A stretch of DNA of 24,000 nucleotides from Wukongibacter sp. M2B1. Lineage in GTDB: Bacteria; Bacillota; Clostridia; Peptostreptococcales; Caminicellaceae. Positions 16,238-23,248 of the stretch are shown here, in pieces. The first letter of the stretch is position 1; every line of letters begins with the position of its first letter. The stretch covers positions 1,931,495 to 1,955,494 of the forward strand of contig NZ_CP138200.1 of the NCBI RefSeq assembly GCF_050859025.1, given 5' to 3'. Both the position numbers and the translations under genes were made by a program. The notes under the pieces were generated by a model. It did no database searches and was not told where the DNA came from. It saw nothing but the letters and a program-made list of their open reading frames with translations.

Positions 16238-16471
16238 TTGAGAGACATTTTAATAAATCTACGTGGTAAAAAAAGTCAATCAGAAGTTGCTGAAAAACTT
16301 GGAATCACTCAACAGTTTCTTAGTGCCATAGAAAGAGAAGAGAAGAACCCCAGCATTACCATTATGCGGAAATTTGAGGAACACTATAATAAGAGCATGG
16401 TTGAGCTGTTTCCCGATATTTTTTTAAGAGAAAATACAACAAATAGTTGTAAAATAGCAACAATTAATTAA
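16238..16471 (+). CDS. Cro-like XRE-family HTH protein
   Basis: 77 aa. TTG start 7 nt after the GAAGGAGG RBS. HTH: KSQSEVAEKLGITQQFLSAIEREEKNPS. Divergent from the repressor gene. Confidence 0.8.
   Translation: MRDILINLRGKKSQSEVAEKLGITQQFLSAIEREEKNPSITIMRKFEEHYNKSMVELFPDIFLRENTTNSCKIATIN
16436..16450. promoter_or_regulatory. Third exact operator copy inside the 3' end of the cro-like gene
   Basis: ACAACAAATAGTTGT again, 235 bp downstream of the 16201 copy. Confidence 0.65.
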
Positions 16472-16530
16472 CCCTATGATTGTAAATACAACAAAAAATC
16501 TAGATGGAAGTACTGAAAGGAGATAAAATC

Positions 16531-16723
16531 ATGAATCGAAAAAAAAGAAATCAAAATATCTGCACTAAAAGAAATATTTCCAATTTCAGATCCAAATGAT
16601 GAATTACTATTCTTAGCGCACAACATAGTTGAAAAAGGTGCAGAAAAGAAACTTAACTATAAGGATATGGAAACACTAATCAATTATACTCAAATCCTAC
16701 TTAAACAAAGAACATTTATCTAA
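16531..16723 (+). pseudogene. Small early ORF interrupted at an A8 homopolymer
   Basis: An ATG at 16531 follows an AAAGGAG RBS, and its frame stops after 22 codons. The +1 frame is open from 16547 to 16723 (EIKISALKEIFPISDPNDELLFLAHNIVEKGAEKKLNYKDMETLINYTQILLKQRTFI) but has no start. One A fewer in the 16539-16546 tract would fuse them. Confidence 0.3.
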
Positions 16724-16769
16724 TTTAATCCTTAATACTATTCTACAAAATTTGGTGAGGAGGATAGCT

Positions 16770-16910
16770 ATGGGTACTGATACAGTTATTTACACTGGCA
16801 AAAAGACACCAGAAGAAATACAAAATGAGATAAATAAGTTACTTAACAATTATTTGGATAATTTTCGCTTTAAAGAATCTGATAGCGAAAATGAAGATAT
16901 TGCATCATAA
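16770..16910 (+). CDS. 46-aa hypothetical phage protein
   Basis: GGTGAGGAGG RBS. Translation: MGTDTVIYTGKKTPEEIQNEINKLLNNYLDNFRFKESDSENEDIAS. Confidence 0.4.
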   Translation: MGTDTVIYTGKKTPEEIQNEINKLLNNYLDNFRFKESDSENEDIAS

Positions 16911-17067
16911 AAAAATTGGAAGGCTAAAAAGCCAACCGACAAGTGAGGTTTTTCATATTAATAGTATATACGATTTTCAAACAATAAATCTACGGAGAAA
17001 TATAGATACAAAAAATATTAATGATGTTATTTATCGATGAATGCTATATCAAATGGAGGGAATATAA

Positions 17068-17598
17068 GTGTGTTTTGGCAATTTATTAAAGGGAGAGCGT
17101 AAGAGAAGGGGGCTTACTCAAGAACAATTAAAAAGATTATTGAATTGTTCACAATCAGACATTTCAGAATGGGAGTCAGGGAAGAGAGAAGTTCCAATGG
17201 ACATTAAGAAAAAGCTACCGCATGTTTTAAATAGTAGTCGACTAAGAATGGAAATGATAAATGAACTGAAAGTAGATTTTATAAATACTCCATTCTATAA
17301 CGGTGTAAAGTTTGATCTACTACGCTTAATAGCAAAGAATATTGAGGAAGAAGAAGAATCAATTAAGGCGTCAAATGAACTTTTCAAAATAGTTTTAAAT
17401 AATATGACAGAGCAGCCTTATAAAGATAATGAATTAGAGAAGATTTATGAGCTTATGGAACAAATTGGTGACCCGATAGGGTGGAAAAGAATGTTGTTTG
17501 CAAAAGTAGATGAACAAACAGGGGCAAATGTATCTAGAGAAACACAAAAACGGATCGATAGGAAGATTAGAAACAAAAAATACGTTGTGCAAGTGTAG
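17068..17598 (+). CDS. Second XRE-family HTH regulator with ~120-aa C-terminal domain
   Basis: GTG start 7 nt after the GGAGGG RBS. HTH: LKGERKRRGLTQEQLKRLLNCSQSDISEWESGKRE. The C-terminal domain is unrecognised. Confidence 0.7.
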   Translation: MCFGNLLKGERKRRGLTQEQLKRLLNCSQSDISEWESGKREVPMDIKKKLPHVLNSSRLRMEMINELKVDFINTPFYNGVKFDLLRLIAKNIEEEEESIKASNELFKIVLNNMTEQPYKDNELEKIYELMEQIGDPIGWKRMLFAKVDEQTGANVSRETQKRIDRKIRNKKYVVQV

Positions 17599-17618
17599 TT
17601 TAGGGAGGAGGTGAAGAA

Positions 17619-17795
17619 ATGGATATAAGAAAACTTGAGATTATATTAGATACACTGGAAAGAAAATGTAAAGAAGATTTGGCAAAATCCAATGCCTTTG
17701 ACAAAGATTATATAGAAGGCAAGTTAGCAACTGTGAACATTATTAGGAGTTTAATGGATTTACAAAAAGATGGACAAAAAAAAGAGACCCTTTAA
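17619..17795 (+). CDS. 58-aa hypothetical phage protein
   Basis: GGGAGGAGGTGA RBS. Translation: MDIRKLEIILDTLERKCKEDLAKSNAFDKDYIEGKLATVNIIRSLMDLQKDGQKKETL. Helical-looking. Confidence 0.45.
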   Translation: MDIRKLEIILDTLERKCKEDLAKSNAFDKDYIEGKLATVNIIRSLMDLQKDGQKKETL

Positions 17796-17871
17796 AGGGC
17801 GATTAGAAAATTATTTGTTAGTTATATTTTACCATAAGAGACAATCAAAAACAATGGATAAGGTGATAAAA

Positions 17872-18063
17872 ATGGATAAAGAATTAATGCTTAAGCAGAT
17901 AGATGCAACCTTAAAACAGGAAAAGAAATATCTAAAAGACTATAACGAACAGTTAAGAGACCCCAGTATTATAGGAGCAGCTAGAGAAAGAATTTTAATG
18001 TTTAGAGAAGCGGTTCTAGAAGCTATTACTAGGCATGAGAAGTATAGATTGAATTTTATATAG
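17872..18063 (+). CDS. 63-aa hypothetical phage protein
   Basis: Same frame as the track ORF 17770-18063. The ATG at 17872 is the one preceded by an RBS (AAGGTGA). Predicted helical/coiled (MDKELMLKQIDATLKQEKKYLKDYNEQL...). Confidence 0.5.
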   Translation: MDKELMLKQIDATLKQEKKYLKDYNEQLRDPSIIGAARERILMFREAVLEAITRHEKYRLNFI

Positions 18064-18074
18064 GAGGGATTAAC

Positions 18075-18968
18075 TTGATTATAGGTATTGACAAAGGTAG
18101 TGCGTACACAAAGACTAGCAAGGATGTAATTATTAAAAGTACGGTACGAGATTTAAGTGAAGATGACATAAATCTAAATGATAGCCTATTCATTGAAATG
18201 GATGGAGAAGAACACTTTGTAGGTGGAGAAGGTAGTTTTGCAACTGATCTTAAGAAAGCAGAGCATAAGAGTACTAGAATCCTCACTTATACAGCTATAG
18301 CAAAGAGTTTTGAGGAAACTCTTATAAATACTGATTTAGTATTAGGACTGCCAATAGGGCATTATTCACGCAATAAAGATAAAATGAAGGAACTGTTTAA
18401 TGGGAAGTCTGCGACGATTAGCATTAATGGTAATCAGAAAGTAATTAAAATCATGAATGTTGAAGTATTTCCTGAGTGTGCAGCTGCTAAATTCACCCAA
18501 AATATAGATAGTGGACTGTTCATTGATATAGGAGGACTCAGTGTAGACAATGCTCTATTCAAAAATGGAAAGCTCGAAAAACACTCTACATTTACTATGG
18601 GAACCATGAAACTACTTTCTAAAATCGCAGATTATCTAAATGCAGAACATGATTTATCCCTAACAGAATGGGGAGCTGAAGAAATACTAAAAGATGGATT
18701 GACCATAGATGGCGAGGTAATAGACATAAAGTCAGGCACAGAGGAAGTTATCAGAGATCATGTTAAAAAGATTCTTGAAAGAATTAAGCTTCAATATGAT
18801 ACGAGGATGATTAAAAACATAATCTTTACAGGCGGCGGAAGCCTTATGTGCTTTGATTTTTTTAAGAAATACATACCACAAGCTACGAGGATGGAAAATA
18901 CTCAATTTAGCAATGCTAAAGGCTTTGAACTTATAGGAAGAAAATTGTTTGGTGGTAACGATGCTTAA
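18075..18968 (+). CDS. parM: ParM/StbA-family actin-like ATPase
   Basis: TTG start after the TAGGAGGGA RBS. Actin-fold motifs: phosphate-1 IIGIDKGSAYTKT, phosphate-2 LFIDIGGLSVDNALF, adenosine IIFTGGGSLM. Confidence 0.75.
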   Translation: MIIGIDKGSAYTKTSKDVIIKSTVRDLSEDDINLNDSLFIEMDGEEHFVGGEGSFATDLKKAEHKSTRILTYTAIAKSFEETLINTDLVLGLPIGHYSRNKDKMKELFNGKSATISINGNQKVIKIMNVEVFPECAAAKFTQNIDSGLFIDIGGLSVDNALFKNGKLEKHSTFTMGTMKLLSKIADYLNAEHDLSLTEWGAEEILKDGLTIDGEVIDIKSGTEEVIRDHVKKILERIKLQYDTRMIKNIIFTGGGSLMCFDFFKKYIPQATRMENTQFSNAKGFELIGRKLFGGNDA

Positions 18969-19317
18969 TGAGGAGATATTTAATTTAAAAATTGCTCCTA
19001 GCAATAGAAAAGATAAAACCTTTACAAAATTTGAAGCTTACATATTCCTTATGGTTAATAAATCACAAACTCAAGAAATGAGTATTTATTTTCTATCACA
19101 AACATGGAATTGGAGTCGTAATAAAGTTAAAAGATTTTTAGGGCAATTAGAGAAAAGGGACATAGTAAAGAACAGTGAAAAGAGCATAAAAAAGGACATA
19201 GCGAAAAGCCAGAATACTAATATTTCAAGCAATATCAAAGACACAAAAAAGGACAATAAAAAGAACATATCAAAAGACATTGATTTAGGAAGCATACAAG
19301 CAATTATGAATATGTGA
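18961..19317 (+). CDS. Winged-helix-like DNA-binding protein with K-rich repetitive tail; candidate ParR-type adaptor
   Basis: The ATG overlaps the parM stop (ATGCTTAA). The N-terminal ~65 aa (FTKFEAYIFLMVNKS...LSQTWNWSRNKVKRFLGQLEKRDIV) looks like a wHTH. The tail is KKDIAKSQNTNISSNIKDTKKDNKKNISKDI. The adaptor role is inferred from position only. Confidence 0.45.
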   Translation: MLNEEIFNLKIAPSNRKDKTFTKFEAYIFLMVNKSQTQEMSIYFLSQTWNWSRNKVKRFLGQLEKRDIVKNSEKSIKKDIAKSQNTNISSNIKDTKKDNKKNISKDIDLGSIQAIMNM

Positions 19318-19353
19318 CAAACGGATACCAAAAGGTTAGTGGAGGTGAGGAAC

Positions 19354-19539
19354 TTGAGATCTAATTTAGCTAAACTGGGGCGGGAGAAGAAACCCCGCCA
19401 ACTAAAAAACAAAGATGTCTATCTAATTGGTCTACTTCTCCTAATATTAGGATTAACAATATTTATATTAAATATACACCTAATTTTGCCTCCTATCATA
19501 TATCGGAGCTTAGGGGCATCTGCCCCGGCTCCACTTTAG
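19354..19539 (+). CDS. Possible 61-aa single-TM protein
   Basis: TTG 19354 sits a few nt after a strong GGAGGTGAGG RBS. There is a basic N-terminus, then VYLIGLLLLILGLTIFILNIHLILPPII. The region also has non-coding-like palindromes, so coding status is uncertain. Confidence 0.3.
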   Translation: MRSNLAKLGREKKPRQLKNKDVYLIGLLLLILGLTIFILNIHLILPPIIYRSLGASAPAPL

Positions 19540-19554
19540 AAAGAAGGTGATAGG

Positions 19555-20430
19555 TTGAATAAGTTAAGGGATAAAAGAAAGAAAAACTGGTTTTACTTAG
19601 AAAATGCTCTTGTAGATAGAGAAGATTTATCATCAAATGAAAAATTAATTTACATGGCTCTAGCAAGATATGCAAATGAAGATGATGAAGCTTTTCCAAG
19701 CTACAACACAATATCTAAAAAGACATCTTTAGGTAAGAGAACCATAATAAACGGAGTAAAGAGTCTAGTCGAAAAGGGACTGGTAAAGAAAACCATAAGA
19801 TTTAAAAATTCGAAAGAAAATAATTCAAATCTATACACATTATTTTCTGTTGAACTACCTAGTGAAATATACGCACCACCCAGTGCATCAGTTACACCAC
19901 CTAGTGAAATGATTGCACCACCCCCTAGTGCATCAGTTACACCCCCTAGTGCACCAGTTGCACCCAAAAAAGACTTAAATAAAAATACTAATATTATTAA
20001 AAATACTAACTTAAAAAATAAAACATCTACGCAAATTGAAAATTTACGTATCAGGTATTCCGAGGATCAATTAAAAACTATTGATGATTACATAGATATT
20101 CTAAGGTGGACTAGGAAACATGGAAAGATAGCAGATAGTGTGATTCTAAAAATTTATGAGGAATGGGATAAGTTCAAAACATCGGTCGTGATATATGCAT
20201 TGAAAGTATATGTAGAGAATCCTAACCATCATGATAAAAAAGAGAATTATTGCTATGGAATAATGAGAAATGCAACAGCAGAACAGGTTGCAGGGAAATC
20301 CCAAGACAGTAAAAGTAAGACTCACAAAACTCCTAAACGTAAGAATAATAAATTTAATAAGGGTGCTGACAGGATAAGTCAGCAATACACGAATGAAGAA
20401 TTAGAGAAAAAGTTAGGCTTAAGAAAATAG
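19555..20430 (+). CDS. Phage replication initiator / replisome-organizer-like protein (N-terminal wHTH, Pro-rich repeat linker, DnaD-like C-terminal region)
   Basis: TTG start after the AAGGTGA RBS. The N-terminus (LSSNEKLIYMALARYANEDDEAFPSYNTISKKTSLGKRTIINGVKSLVEKGLV) is typical of phage/plasmid replication wHTH proteins. The C-terminal part (IDILRWTRKHG...YALKVYVEN...YCYGIMRN) resembles DnaD-type domains. Confidence 0.6.
   Translation: MNKLRDKRKKNWFYLENALVDREDLSSNEKLIYMALARYANEDDEAFPSYNTISKKTSLGKRTIINGVKSLVEKGLVKKTIRFKNSKENNSNLYTLFSVELPSEIYAPPSASVTPPSEMIAPPPSASVTPPSAPVAPKKDLNKNTNIIKNTNLKNKTSTQIENLRIRYSEDQLKTIDDYIDILRWTRKHGKIADSVILKIYEEWDKFKTSVVIYALKVYVENPNHHDKKENYCYGIMRNATAEQVAGKSQDSKSKTHKTPKRKNNKFNKGADRISQQYTNEELEKKLGLRK
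19858..19965 (+). repeat. Imperfect tandem direct repeats (~42-45 bp, about 2.5 copies) inside the initiator gene
   Basis: CCTAGTGAAAT-N-GCACCACC(C)-(C/T)AGTGCATCAGTTACACC occurs twice, followed by a partial copy CCTAGTGCACCAGTTGCACCC. It encodes PSEIYAPPSASVTPPSEMIAPPPSASVTPPSAPVAP. Confidence 0.8.
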
Positions 20431-20449
20431 AATTATGGAGGCGTTTTGA

Positions 20450-20674
20450 ATGATACCCGGTCAGATCAGTTTAGCTGATGTTGAGAATGCAGGGATAAAG
20501 ATAAAGCCTAAACCTTCATGGATTCAGGTACCTAAAGGTTACCTATGGTGTCCAAATTGTAATTGGCCCGTGAAGTTTCCCAAAAATAAAAGGCTAGGAG
20601 TTCGGAAATGTGAAGGCTGTGGAATTAGCAAGAATGATTTTTATGTAAGGCTTTACAATGGTTTATTCAACTAA
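20450..20674 (+). CDS. Small zinc-ribbon protein
   Basis: 74 aa with CPNC-x20-CEGC. GGAGG RBS. Confidence 0.6.
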   Translation: MIPGQISLADVENAGIKIKPKPSWIQVPKGYLWCPNCNWPVKFPKNKRLGVRKCEGCGISKNDFYVRLYNGLFN

Positions 20675-20859
20675 AGGTGAAAGGTAGGGAGATAAATTCG
20701 AAGATAGAAGTTCTAAAAACATAAAACATGATAGCGTATGTGATAACTGCAAAAGAGGGATTAAAAAGGGTGAAAAATGCAAAATATTGCTTCGAAAATC
20801 AAATGGAGGACCTTATCTAAGAATAGTGTGTGTTAAATGCGAAAGTGAGGTTGATGTAA

Positions 20860-21018
20860 ATGAGTATATTGCTTGAGATAGTTAAAGCTACAAGTAAAGA
20901 AGACTTCGGACATGAATTATCAAAGGCAGTTGAAGAAGTTGCGGTTGAAAAAGGATTATCATTTTCACAAGTAATTAAGCAAGCTCATGAATTACTTGAA
21001 AAGCAGGTGATTAAATGA
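20860..21018 (+). CDS. 52-aa hypothetical phage protein
   Basis: Translation: MSILLEIVKATSKEDFGHELSKAVEEVAVEKGLSFSQVIKQAHELLEKQVIK. The stop overlaps the next start (ATGA). Confidence 0.4.
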   Translation: MSILLEIVKATSKEDFGHELSKAVEEVAVEKGLSFSQVIKQAHELLEKQVIK

Positions 21019-21284
21019 GAGAAATGGATTATGAATTGAGGGATAGTATATCAGCTTTGATAGTTGCAATTATAAGAGAAGATGTAGCGACTGTAGAAGA
21101 TGCATTTGAAGTTTTAGAAGGTAAAACGCCAATAACTAGAAATAGGGGCTCAGTTGATGAAATGATTGCACTTAGAAATGAAGGATTAAGATATAGAGAA
21201 ATTGGTGAAATATTTGGATTAAAAGAAAGTTCAGTATTCTACAGAATAAAAAGGGAAAAAGCTAGAAGAAAGAAAGTCGTGTAA
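21015..21284 (+). CDS. Small HTH DNA-binding protein (resolvase/sigma-region-4-like HTH)
   Basis: 89 aa. The C-terminus (DEMIALRNEGLRYREIGEIFGLKESSVFYRIKREKARRKK) is a typical three-helix HTH. Confidence 0.6.
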   Translation: MREMDYELRDSISALIVAIIREDVATVEDAFEVLEGKTPITRNRGSVDEMIALRNEGLRYREIGEIFGLKESSVFYRIKREKARRKKVV

Positions 21285-21444
21285 GTTGTAGTTAGTAATG
21301 AGAAAAAGACTAATAAAAAAGATAGGACAGTAGCTAAGATTAAAAAGAAAGTTAAAGAGAGAGTTGAGACTAAGAAACCTGTTATAGAAGGGCAAATATC
21401 AATATTTGATTTGTTGGTACAGAATTAGGAAGTACATAAAAGTG

Positions 21445-21717
21445 CTACTTAGCGGCGTTTCTAATTGTTGCGTTTACTGCAAAAACGAATGATATTGTCA
21501 TTGGAGTCAAAATTTTGATATCAATGTTAGAATGTAAAATTACAAAAAAAGCTAAGACGTGAAATACTATAAATTCAATGATTACGATTAAAATTATTGA
21601 CTTAGGTTTTCTAAATGATTTATTACATAGAATGAATTTGTTATTAATAAAAATAACTAGCAAAAAGGTAAGTATACCAATACAAAAGTTGTGAACATAA
21701 GGCAATAATGCATTCAA
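21445..21717 (-). CDS. Small 3-TM membrane protein encoded antisense to the surrounding phage genes (moron-like)
   Basis: 90 aa, three hydrophobic helices. It is the only minus-strand gene in the 16.2-24 kb block and has its own promoter-like element upstream. Confidence 0.55.
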   Translation of the reverse strand: MNALLPYVHNFCIGILTFLLVIFINNKFILCNKSFRKPKSIILIVIIEFIVFHVLAFFVILHSNIDIKILTPMTISFVFAVNATIRNAAK

Positions 21718-21748
21718 AGTAATCAGCTCCTAAACTAGTATATACTAA

Positions 21749-21777
21749 ATTTTACCATATAGGAGTTAGATTTGTAA
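21749..21777 (-). promoter_or_regulatory. Sigma-A-type promoter for the reverse-oriented membrane-protein gene
   Basis: Minus strand reads TTACAA, a 17-nt spacer ending in TGG, then TAAAAT. This is upstream of the ATG at 21717. Confidence 0.4.
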
Positions 21778-21815
21778 CACAAATTAGAATGTATGTGACG
21801 AATGGAGGTATTAGA

Positions 21816-22337
21816 ATGAATATAAAAATTAGATTGTGGGATAAAATTTCAAATAGAATGATCTATGAAAGCAGAGATTTAGAGAATGACGATATGGTTG
21901 TTATGACACTAGATGGGGAACTTCAATTTGCTAGTGGTTTAGAAAATTATCATAGAAATGATTTTATAAAAATGCTATATACAGGGCTCAAAGATAATAC
22001 TAAATGGAATCAATTAAGCCAAGAAGAAAAAGAAAGATTTTATCATCAAAATTGTTCTGAAGATGGTAGAACAATAAAATATCAAAACATTGATGATGTT
22101 AAGTATCTGTGGGAAGGAAAAGAAATTTATGAGGGAGATATATACCATCTAGGAGACAAAAACATAAAATACCTAGTAGTATGGCATGATACTGGGCTTA
22201 TAGGAAAACAAGTTGGAAGTTCTAGTTATGCCGGATTGGAACATTGGCAAGACAGAATCGAAGTTGTTGGGAATATATACGAGAATCCAGAACTAATGGA
22301 ATGGAGATGTAAAAATGTCAAAAGAAAAGAAATGTAA
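21816..22337 (+). CDS. YopX-family phage protein
   Basis: MNIKIRLWDK...M start and the C-terminal IEVVGNIYENPELME are hallmarks of YopX (PF09643). ATG 21816 follows a GGAGG RBS; the track starts at 21789. Confidence 0.8.
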   Translation: MNIKIRLWDKISNRMIYESRDLENDDMVVMTLDGELQFASGLENYHRNDFIKMLYTGLKDNTKWNQLSQEEKERFYHQNCSEDGRTIKYQNIDDVKYLWEGKEIYEGDIYHLGDKNIKYLVVWHDTGLIGKQVGSSSYAGLEHWQDRIEVVGNIYENPELMEWRCKNVKRKEM

Positions 22338-22443
22338 AACATGCGAATTGAATAAGGAAACTGGCTGTGAGATAGAAAATAAAGAAGGATTCAAGCGTGG
22401 AGGATGCGGGGCTTGGATTGAGAGGAGGAAACAAATTGGATAG
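22315..22443 (+). CDS. 42-aa Cys-rich small protein
   Basis: Translation: MSKEKKCKTCELNKETGCEIENKEGFKRGGCGAWIERRKQIG. It overlaps the yopX-like 3' end and the next gene's start. Confidence 0.35.
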   Translation: MSKEKKCKTCELNKETGCEIENKEGFKRGGCGAWIERRKQIG

Positions 22444-22984
22444 AATAGTTTGCCTTGTCGGAGAATCAGGCTCCGGCAAGACTACCATAGCAAAAGAATT
22501 AGAGAAAAAGGGATACAACATCATAAAGAGCTACACTACAAGGCCACCAAGAAAACCGGACGAATGGGGACATATATTTGTAACAAAAGAAGATTATTCC
22601 AATGCGATAATAGATGATGCATATGATGGGAATATGATAGCTTATACATACATCGAAGGACACCACTATTGGGCTTTAGAAAACCAGTATAAAAACAAAG
22701 GTATATCTATTTATATTATAGACCCCCGAGGGGTTAAAAATTTACGAGAAAGGCTTTTACATAAGGATTTTGAGGGTGAAGTTGATGTTATGGGAATTTA
22801 TCTTAAGGCGGATGATTTAATTAGATTTAATAGAGTTTCAATAGAGCATGGAAAGAAAAAGGCAGAAAAAAGGTTAGCAAGAGATAATGGAAAATTTGAT
22901 GTAATAGAGTGCGATTATGCTGTAGACGCAAATAGATTGATTGAAGAAGTTCTGCAAAATGTTATTGAGATTATAGAGCAGTAG
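22436..22984 (+). CDS. Guanylate-kinase-like P-loop nucleotide kinase
   Basis: Walker A LVGESGSGKTT followed by the SYTTRPPRKPDEWGHIF motif (Gmk signature S.TTR.PR.gE..G..Y.F). TTG 22436 follows a GAGGAGG RBS; the track ORF starts at 22397 in the same frame. Confidence 0.65.
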   Translation: MDRIVCLVGESGSGKTTIAKELEKKGYNIIKSYTTRPPRKPDEWGHIFVTKEDYSNAIIDDAYDGNMIAYTYIEGHHYWALENQYKNKGISIYIIDPRGVKNLRERLLHKDFEGEVDVMGIYLKADDLIRFNRVSIEHGKKKAEKRLARDNGKFDVIECDYAVDANRLIEEVLQNVIEIIEQ

Positions 22985-22999
22985 GAAGGGGAATAAATC

Positions 23000-23194
23000 A
23001 TGAAGGTTGATATAAGAGTTATAAAGGAACCAGTCTCAGTAGAATTTGATTGTCCTCATTGTGAGGAAGAAATAGTAATACAATATCAATATTTTTGTAG
23101 TGAAATAGGAGAAGTTTGCGACTGGCGGTATTCAAAATTTGAGTGTCCAGAGTGCAATAATACTATAGAAATAGACTATGTTGATTGGGATTAA
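23000..23194 (+). CDS. Small zinc-ribbon protein
   Basis: 64 aa with CPHC-x31-CPEC. Confidence 0.55.
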   Translation: MKVDIRVIKEPVSVEFDCPHCEEEIVIQYQYFCSEIGEVCDWRYSKFECPECNNTIEIDYVDWD

Positions 23195-23248
23195 ATAAAT
23201 GGTTAATGGAGGATAAGGAAACATAGAGACATCAAAGGGGGAACGCAT

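Noticed and set aside
16087-16248. N-terminal 54-aa extension of the repressor ORF (MSLKITPPSTITTICCNYNITTICC...).
   Set aside because: The extension is just the translation of the repeated operator/promoter DNA, hence the repeated TTICC. The ATG at 16084-16086 has the RBS and starts exactly at the HTH domain.
16120-16450. The repeated 15-mers as a possible mini-CRISPR array or transposon ends.
   Set aside because: The repeats are palindromic, 15 bp, irregularly spaced, and centred on divergent HTH genes with promoter hexamers. This is an operator architecture, not CRISPR or IS ends.
17770-17871. The upstream start (17770) of the 97-aa track ORF.
   Set aside because: That part overlaps the 3' end of the better-supported 58-aa ORF (17619-17795) and has no RBS. 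The ATG at 17872 follows AAGGTGA.
19378-19402. The GC-rich hairpin GGCGGG-N9-CCCGCC as a transcription terminator or tRNA fragment.
   Set aside because: No T-run follows on either strand, and no cloverleaf can be drawn around it. It may simply encode part of a small membrane protein.
20688-20877. Zinc-ribbon-like open frame (…CDNCKRGIKKGEKCKILLRKSNGGPYLRIVCVKCESE…).
   Set aside because: There is no ATG, GTG or TTG between the upstream TAG (20685-20687) and the first CxxC pair. I cannot support it as an expressed CDS. It may be a pseudogene, or it may use a non-canonical start.
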